Positions 56,205 through 64,000 of a stretch of DNA of 64,000 nucleotides are shown here, piece after piece; within the stretch, counting starts at the first letter, position 1; each line of letters starts with the position of its first letter. The notes under the pieces are model-generated. The model did not search any database. It had not been told where the DNA came from and saw nothing but the letters and a program-made list of their open reading frames with translations. Location of the stretch: the IMG/VR virus record IMGVR_UViG_3300005529_000001, positions 208,882 through 272,881 of that record; one strand, given 5' to 3'. The position numbers were made by a program, and so were the translations under genes. This DNA comes from a virus.

Positions 56205-56576
56205 TCGGTGGAAGCGCCGGGAATCGAACCCGGGTCCGCAACTGCTAACCGTCTACGTCTACATGCTTGTCCCTTCTGGGTGTTCATCCTCGGGCGGGAC
56301 TATCCGGTGGAACTTTTACGACCAACACCGTCACGGTCGGCACTACGTTTTACGCCCAGCGCTTTGGCGTTTTTGCATCCAGGTAGCTGGGTGCGCCCCC
56401 ACGCATTCTGTTGCTAGGCCGCGTGGTGCCCCAGACGATCAGGCCGCGAGGCGGACGTCGTCAGCGAAGCCGTTGTCGTTGGCGTTCATTCGTCACTGAG
56501 GTTTTTAGACCGGACCTTGGTGCCACCGGTGCATGCAGCAAACAGTCTCACGATCACGTCGAAACCTGTCGCCCCC
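56205..56576 (-). ncRNA. ssrA: tmRNA (ssrA), one-piece, tag peptide ANDNGFADDVRLAA
   Basis: 5' GGGGGCGACAGGTTTCGAC; 3' CCGGGTTCGATTCCCGG-CGCTTCC-ACC (T-arm, acceptor, discriminator); GCATGC and TAAAAA conserved elements; in-frame tag GCC AAC GAC AAC GGC TTC GCT GAC GAC GTC CGC CTC GCG GCC TGA. Confidence 0.85.
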
Positions 56577-56670
56577 AAATCATTGGGTGTGCTTGCTAGT
56601 GCTGGGTTGTCAATGAACAACGGTTGTTACAACCGTCAAGACTGTATCTACCCCACCCAGGGACCGTTTT

Positions 56671-57083
56671 TCACCGCTTGTTGCCGCGGAACTTCCGGCT
56701 TGATGGTGCCGGGCCCTTTCGGGGATAGTTGTCGGGCAACATGTCAGTGTCTTCGGCAGACATGATGACAGGAATCGTTTCACGGTTGTCTTCGACAACT
56801 TGATCACCCGGTCCCTTGAGCTTGGCCGAGGTCTCAACATCGTGTTGGCCAAGCTTGCGTCGCTGGCCCTCAAGCCAGGAGTCAAGCGGGTCAACCATCT
56901 TGTTTCCCAAGCTAGCGACAACGATCGACTTGACCCGGTTGTAGATCTGGCGAAGCTGCTCGTCAGTCGTCGCCCGCGGGTCACCCTCTATGTACTCTTT
57001 CTCAAATGGATGCTGGATCTCATACCTCTCGTAGAGGACGTTGTAGAGAGCCAACAGCTCCTTGGCATTGATGTTCAGCTTCA
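56671..57083 (-). CDS. hypothetical protein (137 aa from the internal ATG)
   Basis: MKLNINAKELLALYNV...; ATGA coupling with the upstream 61-aa ORF. Confidence 0.45.
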
Positions 57084-57266
57084 TGTCTCTTCTGCTTCTT
57101 GTTTCGCCTTGATGGCAGCCTCGAGCTTGGCTTGTTTCTCCGCTGCGAGTGCAGCCGGGAGCCGACGACGCCAGGTCGCAGCCTTCTCCTTGGACCGTGC
57201 GTTGAACCGCGTACGTTTTGCCTGCAACCGTCGGCGCTGGACAGACGTTGTTGTGGGTTTTCTCAT
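57081..57266 (-). CDS. small basic protein (61 aa)
   Basis: ORF. Confidence 0.35.
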   Translation of the reverse strand: MRKPTTTSVQRRRLQAKRTRFNARSKEKAATWRRRLPAALAAEKQAKLEAAIKAKQEAEET

Positions 57267-57285
57267 GTCGGCTCCCGGACACTCT

Positions 57286-57600
57286 TCAGAACGCAGGTGA
57301 CAGCGAGGGCGTCTCGGTGTTCTGGAAGTGCCGGCTCAGGGCGATGAACAGCGTCCTGGCTTCACGCCCGCTGAGGCGCAGCGTCTCGCCCTTGCGGAAC
57401 CCACGCTCGCGGCCGTCACGGTCAAAGAAGACCTGCGTCTTCCCCGTGACAGGGTTCGTTGAGACTGCGATGTCAAACTCGCCATCGTCCCGGCGAGCCG
57501 TCTCGGTCCGGATCTTCCCGGTGCGGTCAACGCGGGTGATGATGTGAGCGTTCTTGTTGGTGTCAGGATTCCTCTTCTTGCCCATGATCTGTGTCTCCAA
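57286..57600 (-). CDS. hypothetical protein (104 aa)
   Basis: ORF. Confidence 0.45.
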   Translation of the reverse strand: METQIMGKKRNPDTNKNAHIITRVDRTGKIRTETARRDDGEFDIAVSTNPVTGKTQVFFDRDGRERGFRKGETLRLSGREARTLFIALSRHFQNTETPSLSPAF

Positions 57601-57689
57601 GTCAGCGACGGCCGTCTCAGGCCGCCAACCAGCTCAATCTAACACAGATGCGCAGAATGTGTACAACCGTTCGGTCGCTTACCGTGGCA

Positions 57690-58244
57690 TCACTTAAACG
57701 AGCCGCGGATCGCGCCGATGTCTTGCGTCACTCCCTCGAGAGATGACAGCCCATCCTGGACTTTGCGGAGGGCGTCCTGCAACGCTTTCTTCATCTCGGG
57801 GGTCCTTGCTGAGCGCAGGGCATTTGCAAAAGCATCGGGCAGCTTGAAAAGACCTGCGTCAACCACGTGAGCCCAGATGGTGACTGCGTTGACAGCGGGT
57901 TGAGTCTGGCCTTCGTTGATCTTCCCCTCGCCCACCGCTCTGGGAAGGTTGGTCCGCATGCCCGTGGGTTCTTCTGGTTCTTCTGGGAGATCGTCGCTAA
58001 TATCATCGCCAGCCATGTCAACGTGACCGCGGCGGTGGCGATAGAGAGCCTTGACTTTCTCGCCCGGATCGAAATCGGGAACCTGGCTGCGACGTAAGAA
58101 ACGGCGTCCGCCCTTTTCGGGCTCGACCATCGGGTCATCTGGTAGCTGTCGCTTTCCCCAGTGACGAGCGTCGCCTTCTGAACCGGTGATCCCCAGCTTC
58201 GCTTCTCGGATCTCACGCTTGAGTTGCCCGATTGTCATCCGCAT
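57690..58244 (-). CDS. protein with N-terminal MRMTIGQLKREIREAK motif (candidate capsid-targeted protein)
   Basis: ORF; shared propeptide-like motif. Confidence 0.5.
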   Translation of the reverse strand: MRMTIGQLKREIREAKLGITGSEGDARHWGKRQLPDDPMVEPEKGGRRFLRRSQVPDFDPGEKVKALYRHRRGHVDMAGDDISDDLPEEPEEPTGMRTNLPRAVGEGKINEGQTQPAVNAVTIWAHVVDAGLFKLPDAFANALRSARTPEMKKALQDALRKVQDGLSSLEGVTQDIGAIRGSFK

Positions 58245-58274
58245 CTGATCACCCCCGATAAGGGTCGTTATCTG

Positions 58275-58736
58275 TCAGGGAGCCAGCGTCAACGTTCCGG
58301 ACGCTGCGCAAACAAGCCAGCCCTTGCCGTTGGACCAGAGGCCAACGCTGCCGCCCTGGGCGACTGTCAGCTTGGTGCCGTTGACGGTCGTCATTGACGT
58401 GCTTGAGGGTGTCTGAGTGCCAGACATCATGGCCATCGAACCGGTCAGCAAGTAGGGGTAGATGCCCAGAGTGTCAACGACCATCAGATGGCTGCCTGGG
58501 AAAGATGCCGCTGCGGGCAATGACCCAGTGAACTGTCCCTGGCCTGCTGAACCAGTGACGGGGACCTGGTAGTAGCCTGGCGAGCTAAGCGCCACCAAGC
58601 TGCCGCTTCCCGCAGCTGTCGCAACAGAAGCGACTTCATAAGCGCGAGTCGTCGGACCGACAACTGTCACCTGACCGGCGACGCTTAGGTTTCCGCTGCC
58701 ATCGTCTACAAAACCGCGAGAGTCGATCGTTGCCAT
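58275..58736 (-). CDS. small beta-rich virion protein (153 aa); paralog of 45647..46189
   Basis: Shared N-terminus; ATAAGTAG motif about 20 nt upstream; SD AAGGAT. Confidence 0.5.
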   Translation of the reverse strand: MATIDSRGFVDDGSGNLSVAGQVTVVGPTTRAYEVASVATAAGSGSLVALSSPGYYQVPVTGSAGQGQFTGSLPAAASFPGSHLMVVDTLGIYPYLLTGSMAMMSGTQTPSSTSMTTVNGTKLTVAQGGSVGLWSNGKGWLVCAASGTLTLAP

Positions 58737-58804
58737 GTGTTATCCTTGTGATAAGTAGGTCAGCGATCTGCTTAAAACAGACAGCCCCAACAAATCCTTA
58801 AACG

Positions 58805-58845
58805 GCGAAGGCCCGCTATTGCGGGCCCTCAAACCTTTATCTTGT
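58805..58845 (-). terminator. intrinsic terminator-like hairpin after the major capsid gene
   Basis: GGCCCGC-TATT-GCGGGCC (7-bp GC stem) flanked by U-rich tracts on both strands. Confidence 0.4.
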
Positions 58846-58855
58846 TTCCCTCACA

Positions 58856-60778
58856 TCAGATGATGTTGAGGTCCATGACCGTGACGGTTCCGTAGAAGTC
58901 GCTACGAACGACCTTCTTGCCGTACCGGGTCATGACGCCCTTACGAGGTGTGAAATCCTCAGGGGCGAAGATCGTCGGAGTCACGATGAGGGGGACGTAC
59001 GGTGAGTACACGTACCCAGTCTCGAGGTAGCTGCCGCCCTTGTACCCGACGAGGATGCGGTTCCTCGGGAAGTACGGGTCCTTGTAGACCGTGAAGCGGT
59101 TGCTCAGGGTGCCGATCGCCTCTGCACCGATGGTGAAGGGCGAACCGACCTGACCCTCGCCGTCGATCGAGAACTTCGGCTTGTAGAGGACCGAGGCCTC
59201 GAGGATGGTGGCGACATCCGGGCTGGTGACCATGAAGTTGGCCGAGCCGCGGAGCGTCTTGCGGTGGATGGTGTTGGCAACGTCGATGATGGTCTCGACC
59301 AGGGTCTCGTACCACTCACGAACCGTACCAGTGAACTGCGGACCGATGCTGAGCGAGGTGTTCAGCGTGACCGGTTGGCCCGTCAGCTTGTTGACGAACT
59401 TGCCCGGAGCGCGGCTCCAGTACATGTTGGCGCCGTTGGCCTGGGTCACGAGGTCGTTCAGGATCTCGCGGTCAATCTCGAGAGCGATCTGCTCGCTCAG
59501 GATGCTGGTCAGCTCGACCTCTGCGTCCATCGAGTGGTACGCGTTGAGGTCCTGTGCCAGCTCAGGGCTCCACCGGGCGCGCAGCTTGCGCGTGGTGGCG
59601 GTGATTGCGATCGACTCGATCTTGATGTCGATCTCTGGGATCGCCGGGGTCGGGTTGACGTTGAAGTCAGACTCGAACGATGGGATCGTCAGCGTTGCAC
59701 CAGCGGTGCTGTCGACAGTCAGTGAGTCAGCGATTGCCATCGATGCAACGATCTGGCCGGAACCCGAGAGGACCAGCTGAGGACCAGCACCGTTGACAGC
59801 GACTGCGAAGACCAGCTGGACCTGTGTGCCGTTGAGCGGAGCAGGCGTGAAGGTCGTGCCGTTGAAGTTACCGCGCTTGTTCAGGCGGCGCAGGTTGAGG
59901 ACGCCGTTACCTGACTGGTAAGACTGGCCCCAAGCGAACGTGCCACCGAGACCGGCGCCCGTTGACTGGAAGTTGAAGACCGCGAGCTGCTCGATGGCGA
60001 GGAAGTCACCGTTCGGGATCGCCGTCGTGATCGCCGAGACGTCAAGGTGACCGAACTGGATCCACTCGGAACCGTTCTGGAGATCAACCTCGAGCTGGGG
60101 ATCGAAGTTCAGGAAGCGAGCGTTGGTGCCCGAGAAGTCCGTCGAGGACTTGACGAAGTTACCAACAACGAAGGCTCCGTTGGTGCCGTTGAAGGCTCCG
60201 AAGTTCAGCATCGAACCTGAGACAGAACCGGAGGCGTGCACCTTGGTGTAGCCCACGTTGACCAGGTCGTAGAAACCGCCCGTTGCGAGCGATCCCGACT
60301 GGATGCCCTTGCCGGTTGGGTTGTTGTAGATCGACTGGCCGGAACCGTAGGTCGCTGCGCTTGCACCGCCTGGCTGGTTCAGCTGCAGACCTGACTGGCC
60401 ACCGACGTTGCTGCCGTAGGTGTAGTCAAGGTAGAAGATCAGGCCCGAGGGGAGCGACATCGGCTGGATCGAGACGAGCTCGTTGGCGACGAGGCCACCG
60501 AAGACACGACGGACGATCGGGAAGGCGATGTTGGTGAAGCCCTGGATCTGACCCGAGGAAGCAACGTTCGCGCCGCCCGTGGACAGCGAGTTGCCGACTT
60601 CCTTCAGGACCTGAGCTGCCTGGTTCTCCAGGAGCTGGGCCATCGTCTCGCGCTTGTGACCGTCAAGGCCGCGGAGCAAGCCAGTGCGGCTCCACTTCTC
60701 GACCAGGCGGGCACGCTCGGCGCCGACGTGCCGCTCGCGGATGCCAGCGGCTAGTTGTTCCATTGTAAAGAACTTCAT
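58856..60778 (-). CDS. major capsid protein, T4 gp23-like
   Basis: RKLRARWSPELAQDLNAYHSMDAEVELTSILSEQIALEIDREI aligns to T4 gp23 SRQLKAAYSIELAQDLRAVHGMDADAELSGILATEIMLEINREV; C-terminus YVYSPYVPL...TRYG; SD GGAGAG. Confidence 0.9.
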   Translation of the reverse strand: MKFFTMEQLAAGIRERHVGAERARLVEKWSRTGLLRGLDGHKRETMAQLLENQAAQVLKEVGNSLSTGGANVASSGQIQGFTNIAFPIVRRVFGGLVANELVSIQPMSLPSGLIFYLDYTYGSNVGGQSGLQLNQPGGASAATYGSGQSIYNNPTGKGIQSGSLATGGFYDLVNVGYTKVHASGSVSGSMLNFGAFNGTNGAFVVGNFVKSSTDFSGTNARFLNFDPQLEVDLQNGSEWIQFGHLDVSAITTAIPNGDFLAIEQLAVFNFQSTGAGLGGTFAWGQSYQSGNGVLNLRRLNKRGNFNGTTFTPAPLNGTQVQLVFAVAVNGAGPQLVLSGSGQIVASMAIADSLTVDSTAGATLTIPSFESDFNVNPTPAIPEIDIKIESIAITATTRKLRARWSPELAQDLNAYHSMDAEVELTSILSEQIALEIDREILNDLVTQANGANMYWSRAPGKFVNKLTGQPVTLNTSLSIGPQFTGTVREWYETLVETIIDVANTIHRKTLRGSANFMVTSPDVATILEASVLYKPKFSIDGEGQVGSPFTIGAEAIGTLSNRFTVYKDPYFPRNRILVGYKGGSYLETGYVYSPYVPLIVTPTIFAPEDFTPRKGVMTRYGKKVVRSDFYGTVTVMDLNII

Positions 60779-60797
60779 GAATTCTCTCCGTTTACGT

Positions 60798-60804
60798 AAG
60801 TAGT
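60798..60804 (-). promoter_or_regulatory. TAAGTAG box (coding strand CTACTTA) about 20 nt upstream of the MCP start
   Basis: Member of the recurring TAA[A/G/C]TA upstream motif family. Confidence 0.3.
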
Positions 60805-60828
60805 TGGTTCAATCTGCGTTGTTTAGCA

Positions 60829-62949
60829 TCACCGCTTGGAGATGCCCGCGAGCTGTGCCCAGCGCTCCACGTCAGCACCCTCGTTGAGGGACTGCGTAGA
60901 AGCAGGACGCGTTGCCCGAGAAGCGGAGCCGAGGATCCTGCGATCCGCGCCTTCCTTCAGGGACTGTGTCGGTGCTGCCAGGGTCCTGACCAGGCTCTGG
61001 TAGACCAGCTTCGCTTCCCGCACCGTCTGAGCCTCATCCAGCTGCTTGATGACCTGCGCCTTTTGCTTGGCAGTCAGGCCCTCAGTCTGGAGGAGCTTGT
61101 TGGTGAAGAGCAGCTTCGCGTTGAGCAGATTCGTTTCTGCCAACTTCTTGCGGACATCATCGCCGGCCTTGTCCGCGGACCGTTCGGCAACGCTATTCGA
61201 GCGTGCCTCTTGCAGCTTCTTGGCGGCAACCGCCTTGATCTGCTCAAGCTTCTGGGTGCGGGCGAGCGACTCGTTGAAGCGCTTTGCCACCACCGCGTAC
61301 TCCTTCTTGACCTCAGCCAAGCGCTTGCCGTTCTTGGCAGCGCGGGCCTTTGCCGCTTCCTTCTTCAGGGTTGCAGCACGAGCCTTGGCGCGCTCCTGGA
61401 GCGTCTTCTCAAAGCCCAGGCGCTTGACTGCCTCGCCGTGGCGAGCAGCCGGGTTGCTCTTGTCCTTTGACGGGACTGACGTTGCTGAAGCGCCAAAGTC
61501 ATCACGGGTACGCTCGTCGCCGACCTGGTCGAGTGCAGCTTCCTGCATCGCCATGTCCTTCGTCTTCAGGCCAGCGGCAGTGCCCTGGTCCATCTGGTCC
61601 TGGGACTCGTCCATCTGGTCATCGTCGGCTTCGTCCATCTGGTCGTAACCTTGATCCATCTGGTCCTGAGCCTCTTCGAGGTCCTCATCAGCCTCACCGA
61701 GCGGGCGGGCTGCCTTGGCAGGAGAGAGGTCAGTGATCTCTTGGTCATGAGGGTCACCCTCACCCTTGCCGCCACCAAAGTCGTCAAGGATGTTCGCGCC
61801 GCCAGGGCCATCGCCCCAAGCAGCCGGCTTGGTCTCCTCACGAAGCGAGCGCATCCGAGCAATCTCGCGACGGAGCATCTTCTCATCGATCTCGACGATC
61901 GTGTCGTCGCTTAGCTCGCGGCTTTCCATCTGTGACTCCTGGTCTTGTCCACCCATGCCCATGCCGCCCTGACCTGCCTGATCGCCGTCAAAGTCGCCAT
62001 CTGCATCCATCTCTAGGCCCTCGCCACCCTCTTCGTCTTCCTCACCCGTGATGAGGTCCACGCCGACGGCGTCGAGGTTATCCTCAACATCATCCGGCAA
62101 ACCGGTCAGCTTCAGCGTAAGATCCGCTTCGTTCATCTGACCCTTGTTCGTCTTCTGTGACATTGTCGTTGACTCCTGGAGCTTGTTGAGTACCTTGAAG
62201 GTGTTCTCGAGCGTGATCTCGTATGAGCTCTTCAACGCAGGCTCGGCAACCGATTCCTGCACGTAGTCATACATATCCTCCACACGAGAAATCATCAGAG
62301 CGATGTGCTCTCCGTAGGAGGAAGTGGCCTTGACTGCTTCTCCTGCATCACGAAACAGCTTAGCTTGCTTCACTACCTCGCCCAACATGGCCTTAAAGCT
62401 CTTGGTTGGGATGGGCTTAGCGTTCTTCTTGGCAGCGCTCAGGATCGGCTTGAGAGAGTCAAGAGACTCCATGCTGATCTCATACTCAACCTCTTCGGGC
62501 CGGGGCTGCGGCTTGCCAAACATCGGCGGGGGAACAGCGGGACCAGGAGCGTTTGTGGGCATCGCCTCGTGTGCTGCGGGGGTCCCGCTACACAGCGCGT
62601 CCAGGTCGATCGTAATCTTGCCCTCGGCATCGGGCGGGGTAATCCCACTAGCTGGCATGTCACCAACTGGACCAGCTGCGCTCATGCTTCCTGCAGGGGC
62701 TGAAACGGGCTCTACGTCAGTCAACAGCTCGCCTTCGGGCGCAGGTGCTCCAGGCTCAGCAGGGGCTGCGTCGTCTGAAGCCATGTTGCCTTCAGCTTCC
62801 TCGTCAACCTCTTGCAGGATCGCCCTGTCAATGAAATCACGGATGCGTGGCGTCACAGCTTCGGTCAGCGCACGAAGAGCGTTCTCCTCAGCGACCTTCT
62901 TGATCTGCTTGACGTCCGCTAGCGCTTCTTCGAACAGCTGCTTGGGCAT
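60829..62949 (-). CDS. prohead scaffolding protein (gp22-like, acidic)
   Basis: 706 aa, Glu/Asp/Ala-rich, coiled-coil; sits between MCP and core genes; N-terminus ALRALTEAV (LxE site). Confidence 0.65.
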   Translation of the reverse strand: MPKQLFEEALADVKQIKKVAEENALRALTEAVTPRIRDFIDRAILQEVDEEAEGNMASDDAAPAEPGAPAPEGELLTDVEPVSAPAGSMSAAGPVGDMPASGITPPDAEGKITIDLDALCSGTPAAHEAMPTNAPGPAVPPPMFGKPQPRPEEVEYEISMESLDSLKPILSAAKKNAKPIPTKSFKAMLGEVVKQAKLFRDAGEAVKATSSYGEHIALMISRVEDMYDYVQESVAEPALKSSYEITLENTFKVLNKLQESTTMSQKTNKGQMNEADLTLKLTGLPDDVEDNLDAVGVDLITGEEDEEGGEGLEMDADGDFDGDQAGQGGMGMGGQDQESQMESRELSDDTIVEIDEKMLRREIARMRSLREETKPAAWGDGPGGANILDDFGGGKGEGDPHDQEITDLSPAKAARPLGEADEDLEEAQDQMDQGYDQMDEADDDQMDESQDQMDQGTAAGLKTKDMAMQEAALDQVGDERTRDDFGASATSVPSKDKSNPAARHGEAVKRLGFEKTLQERAKARAATLKKEAAKARAAKNGKRLAEVKKEYAVVAKRFNESLARTQKLEQIKAVAAKKLQEARSNSVAERSADKAGDDVRKKLAETNLLNAKLLFTNKLLQTEGLTAKQKAQVIKQLDEAQTVREAKLVYQSLVRTLAAPTQSLKEGADRRILGSASRATRPASTQSLNEGADVERWAQLAGISKR

Positions 62950-62971
62950 GTCGTCTCCGGAAATCCTAAGT

Positions 62972-62978
62972 TAAGTAT
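62972..62978 (-). promoter_or_regulatory. TAAGTAT box upstream of the scaffold gene
   Basis: Same motif family; about 23 nt from the ATG. Confidence 0.3.
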
Positions 62979-63007
62979 CCAGCCCCCACCTAAGGTGAGG
63001 AAGGGCC

Positions 63008-63550
63008 TCACTCAGGAGCGCCAGAATTGCCCTTGATCTGTGGCTGCCCGATGGTGCTGCTCTTGTAGATGGCAGGACCGTTCTTTGAAGGATCGGCCAA
63101 GCCCTGTTCAGACGGGTCTTCGGTCGTTGCTTCAACTTGAATCTGTGGGATCGTTCCCGTTGGATCACCCGTCTTGTCAGTTCCCTGGGTGTGACCCGGA
63201 CCTGCGGTGGGAGAAGTGACGTCAGGGATGTAACCGTTGGCTGGATCGCCTGGCTTTGCCCACTTGACCTTACTGACATCGGGAGCGCCACCATACGTCA
63301 AGTCAACGCCCGATGGGAACATGCCCAAATCACCTGCCTGGATGCCACCCTTAGGTTGCAGGCCGCCACCATTAGGATCCGGTCCCGGATCGGAAGTAGC
63401 GATGCCCTGGATCAGAGCTTGCGCCTTCTTTTCGTCGCCGTTAGACAGCATCGAAGCAAAGGGGCTGTTGGGGTACAGGGTAGCGAGCAACGCATGCGTC
63501 GGGCTAGCACCTCCACCAACATAAGTTGTGTACCTACCAAGCTGTCCCAT
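63008..63550 (-). CDS. hypothetical head-module protein (180 aa)
   Basis: ORF, Gly/Pro-rich. Confidence 0.45.
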   Translation of the reverse strand: MGQLGRYTTYVGGGASPTHALLATLYPNSPFASMLSNGDEKKAQALIQGIATSDPGPDPNGGGLQPKGGIQAGDLGMFPSGVDLTYGGAPDVSKVKWAKPGDPANGYIPDVTSPTAGPGHTQGTDKTGDPTGTIPQIQVEATTEDPSEQGLADPSKNGPAIYKSSTIGQPQIKGNSGAPE

Positions 63551-63566
63551 AGCGCTCCCTCAGCCT

Positions 63567-63848
63567 TCAGATCTTCTCGGCAAGGTACCGAGCTGCGTTC
63601 TTCTTTGACTCCTGGACACGAGCGAGACGAGCCTTCAGGCGCTTCTCCTCGACCTTCAGCGCTTTCATGTAGTCGATGTGCTTGTCCAGGTTGTCGTCTT
63701 TTCCGAACTCATCGGCATCGACTTCCTTGGTATCATCTGCACGCTTCTCGACATCCTCTACGTCGCCGAAACCCTTCTTGACTTCGGCCTCAATGAGGTT
63801 GCGAAGCATCTTGGGGGTCAGCTGAAGTGGCTTCTTGTCAGTCTTCAT
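63567..63848 (-). CDS. prohead core-like small protein (93 aa)
   Basis: Charged protein with LQLTPKMLRNLIEAEV motif; SD GGAGAGGG. Confidence 0.5.
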   Translation of the reverse strand: MKTDKKPLQLTPKMLRNLIEAEVKKGFGDVEDVEKRADDTKEVDADEFGKDDNLDKHIDYMKALKVEEKRLKARLARVQESKKNAARYLAEKI

Positions 63849-63900
63849 CGGTGCACCCTCTCCGTGGTATGCTACCGACTAAATATGCAGACTGCAGAGA

Positions 63901-64000
63901 TTACGCCGTTTTCTTCGTGGCCATGAATGCCAGGTCTGCCCACCTGGATGCGGTTTCTTCCCCAAACACCTGTTCAGGTGTACCGTTAATCTGTTCGACT
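63901..64000 (-). CDS. C-terminal fragment of a gene continuing beyond the right edge
   Basis: Minus-strand frame ...VEQINGTPEQVFGEETASRWADLAFMATKKTA ends at TAA 63903..63901. Confidence 0.35.
   Translation of the reverse strand, partial: VEQINGTPEQVFGEETASRWADLAFMATKKTA

Noticed and set aside
56208-56599. Plus-strand ORFs 56208..56417 and 56411..56599, and minus-strand ORF 56610..56984.
   Set aside because: The first two overlap the tmRNA on the opposite strand. The last is a low-complexity frame overlapping the better-supported 56671..57083 gene, which has ATGA coupling and a protein-like composition.
1-64000. T4-type late promoter TATAAATA on the coding strand of minus-strand genes (plus-strand TATTTATA).
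   Set aside because: Not found upstream of the head and tail genes. The recurring element is TAA[A/G/C]TA on the plus strand, which is the opposite orientation, so a T4-type late promoter call was not made.
1-64000. CRISPR arrays, rRNA, and IS/transposase or integrase genes.
   Set aside because: No regularly spaced direct repeats, no rRNA-like stretches, and no transposase or integrase motifs were seen. The only repeated DNA is paralogous coding sequence (sheath pair, LamG array, tube pair).

Overview
This 64 kb window is a densely packed, GC-rich segment of a large T4-superfamily-like myovirus genome. About 80 genes are called, and all but one (46214..46729) are on the minus strand. Many starts and stops are coupled by ATGA/TGATG overlaps. 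Calls are from motif-level reading of the six-frame track only; no database searches were run.

Three modules can be read, left to right on the plus strand. (1) 1-21430: nucleotide metabolism and replication. Recognisable products are a T4 Pnk-like polynucleotide kinase/phosphatase, a pol-beta-type nucleotidyltransferase, a calcineurin-like phosphoesterase, MazG, an N6-adenine MTase, dTMP kinase, ThyX, class II RNR, a DnaB-like helicase, a 5'-3' exonuclease/FEN, dUTPase, UvsX/RecA, a gp32-like SSB, an HD hydrolase and a minimal family-A DNA polymerase. (2) 21448-52258: tail and adsorption genes in a P2-like order: two large virion proteins flanking an X-like LysM protein, a 1249-aa tape measure, small chaperone-like ORFs, a tube gene, and two tandem tail sheath genes of about 1050 aa each. 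These are followed by neck candidates and a tandem array of four paralogous LamG/jellyroll fiber-like genes. (3) 52316-64000: small accessory genes, including a secreted SGNH hydrolase and a SAM methyltransferase, a phage-encoded tmRNA (ssrA, tag peptide ANDNGFADDVRLAA), and then the head module: a T4 gp23-like major capsid protein, an acidic scaffold and core proteins.

Other observations: a recurring upstream motif (TAA[A/G/C]TA on the plus strand) that may be a promoter class; an N-terminal hxQLKRxIRE-A propeptide-like motif shared by at least six small proteins plus the scaffold and a core protein, suggestive of prohead-protease cleavage and capsid targeting; an RNA end-healing-like gene cluster; a membrane His-box hydroxylase; a second, unlinked tail-tube paralog; and a possible +1 frameshift in the chaperone region.
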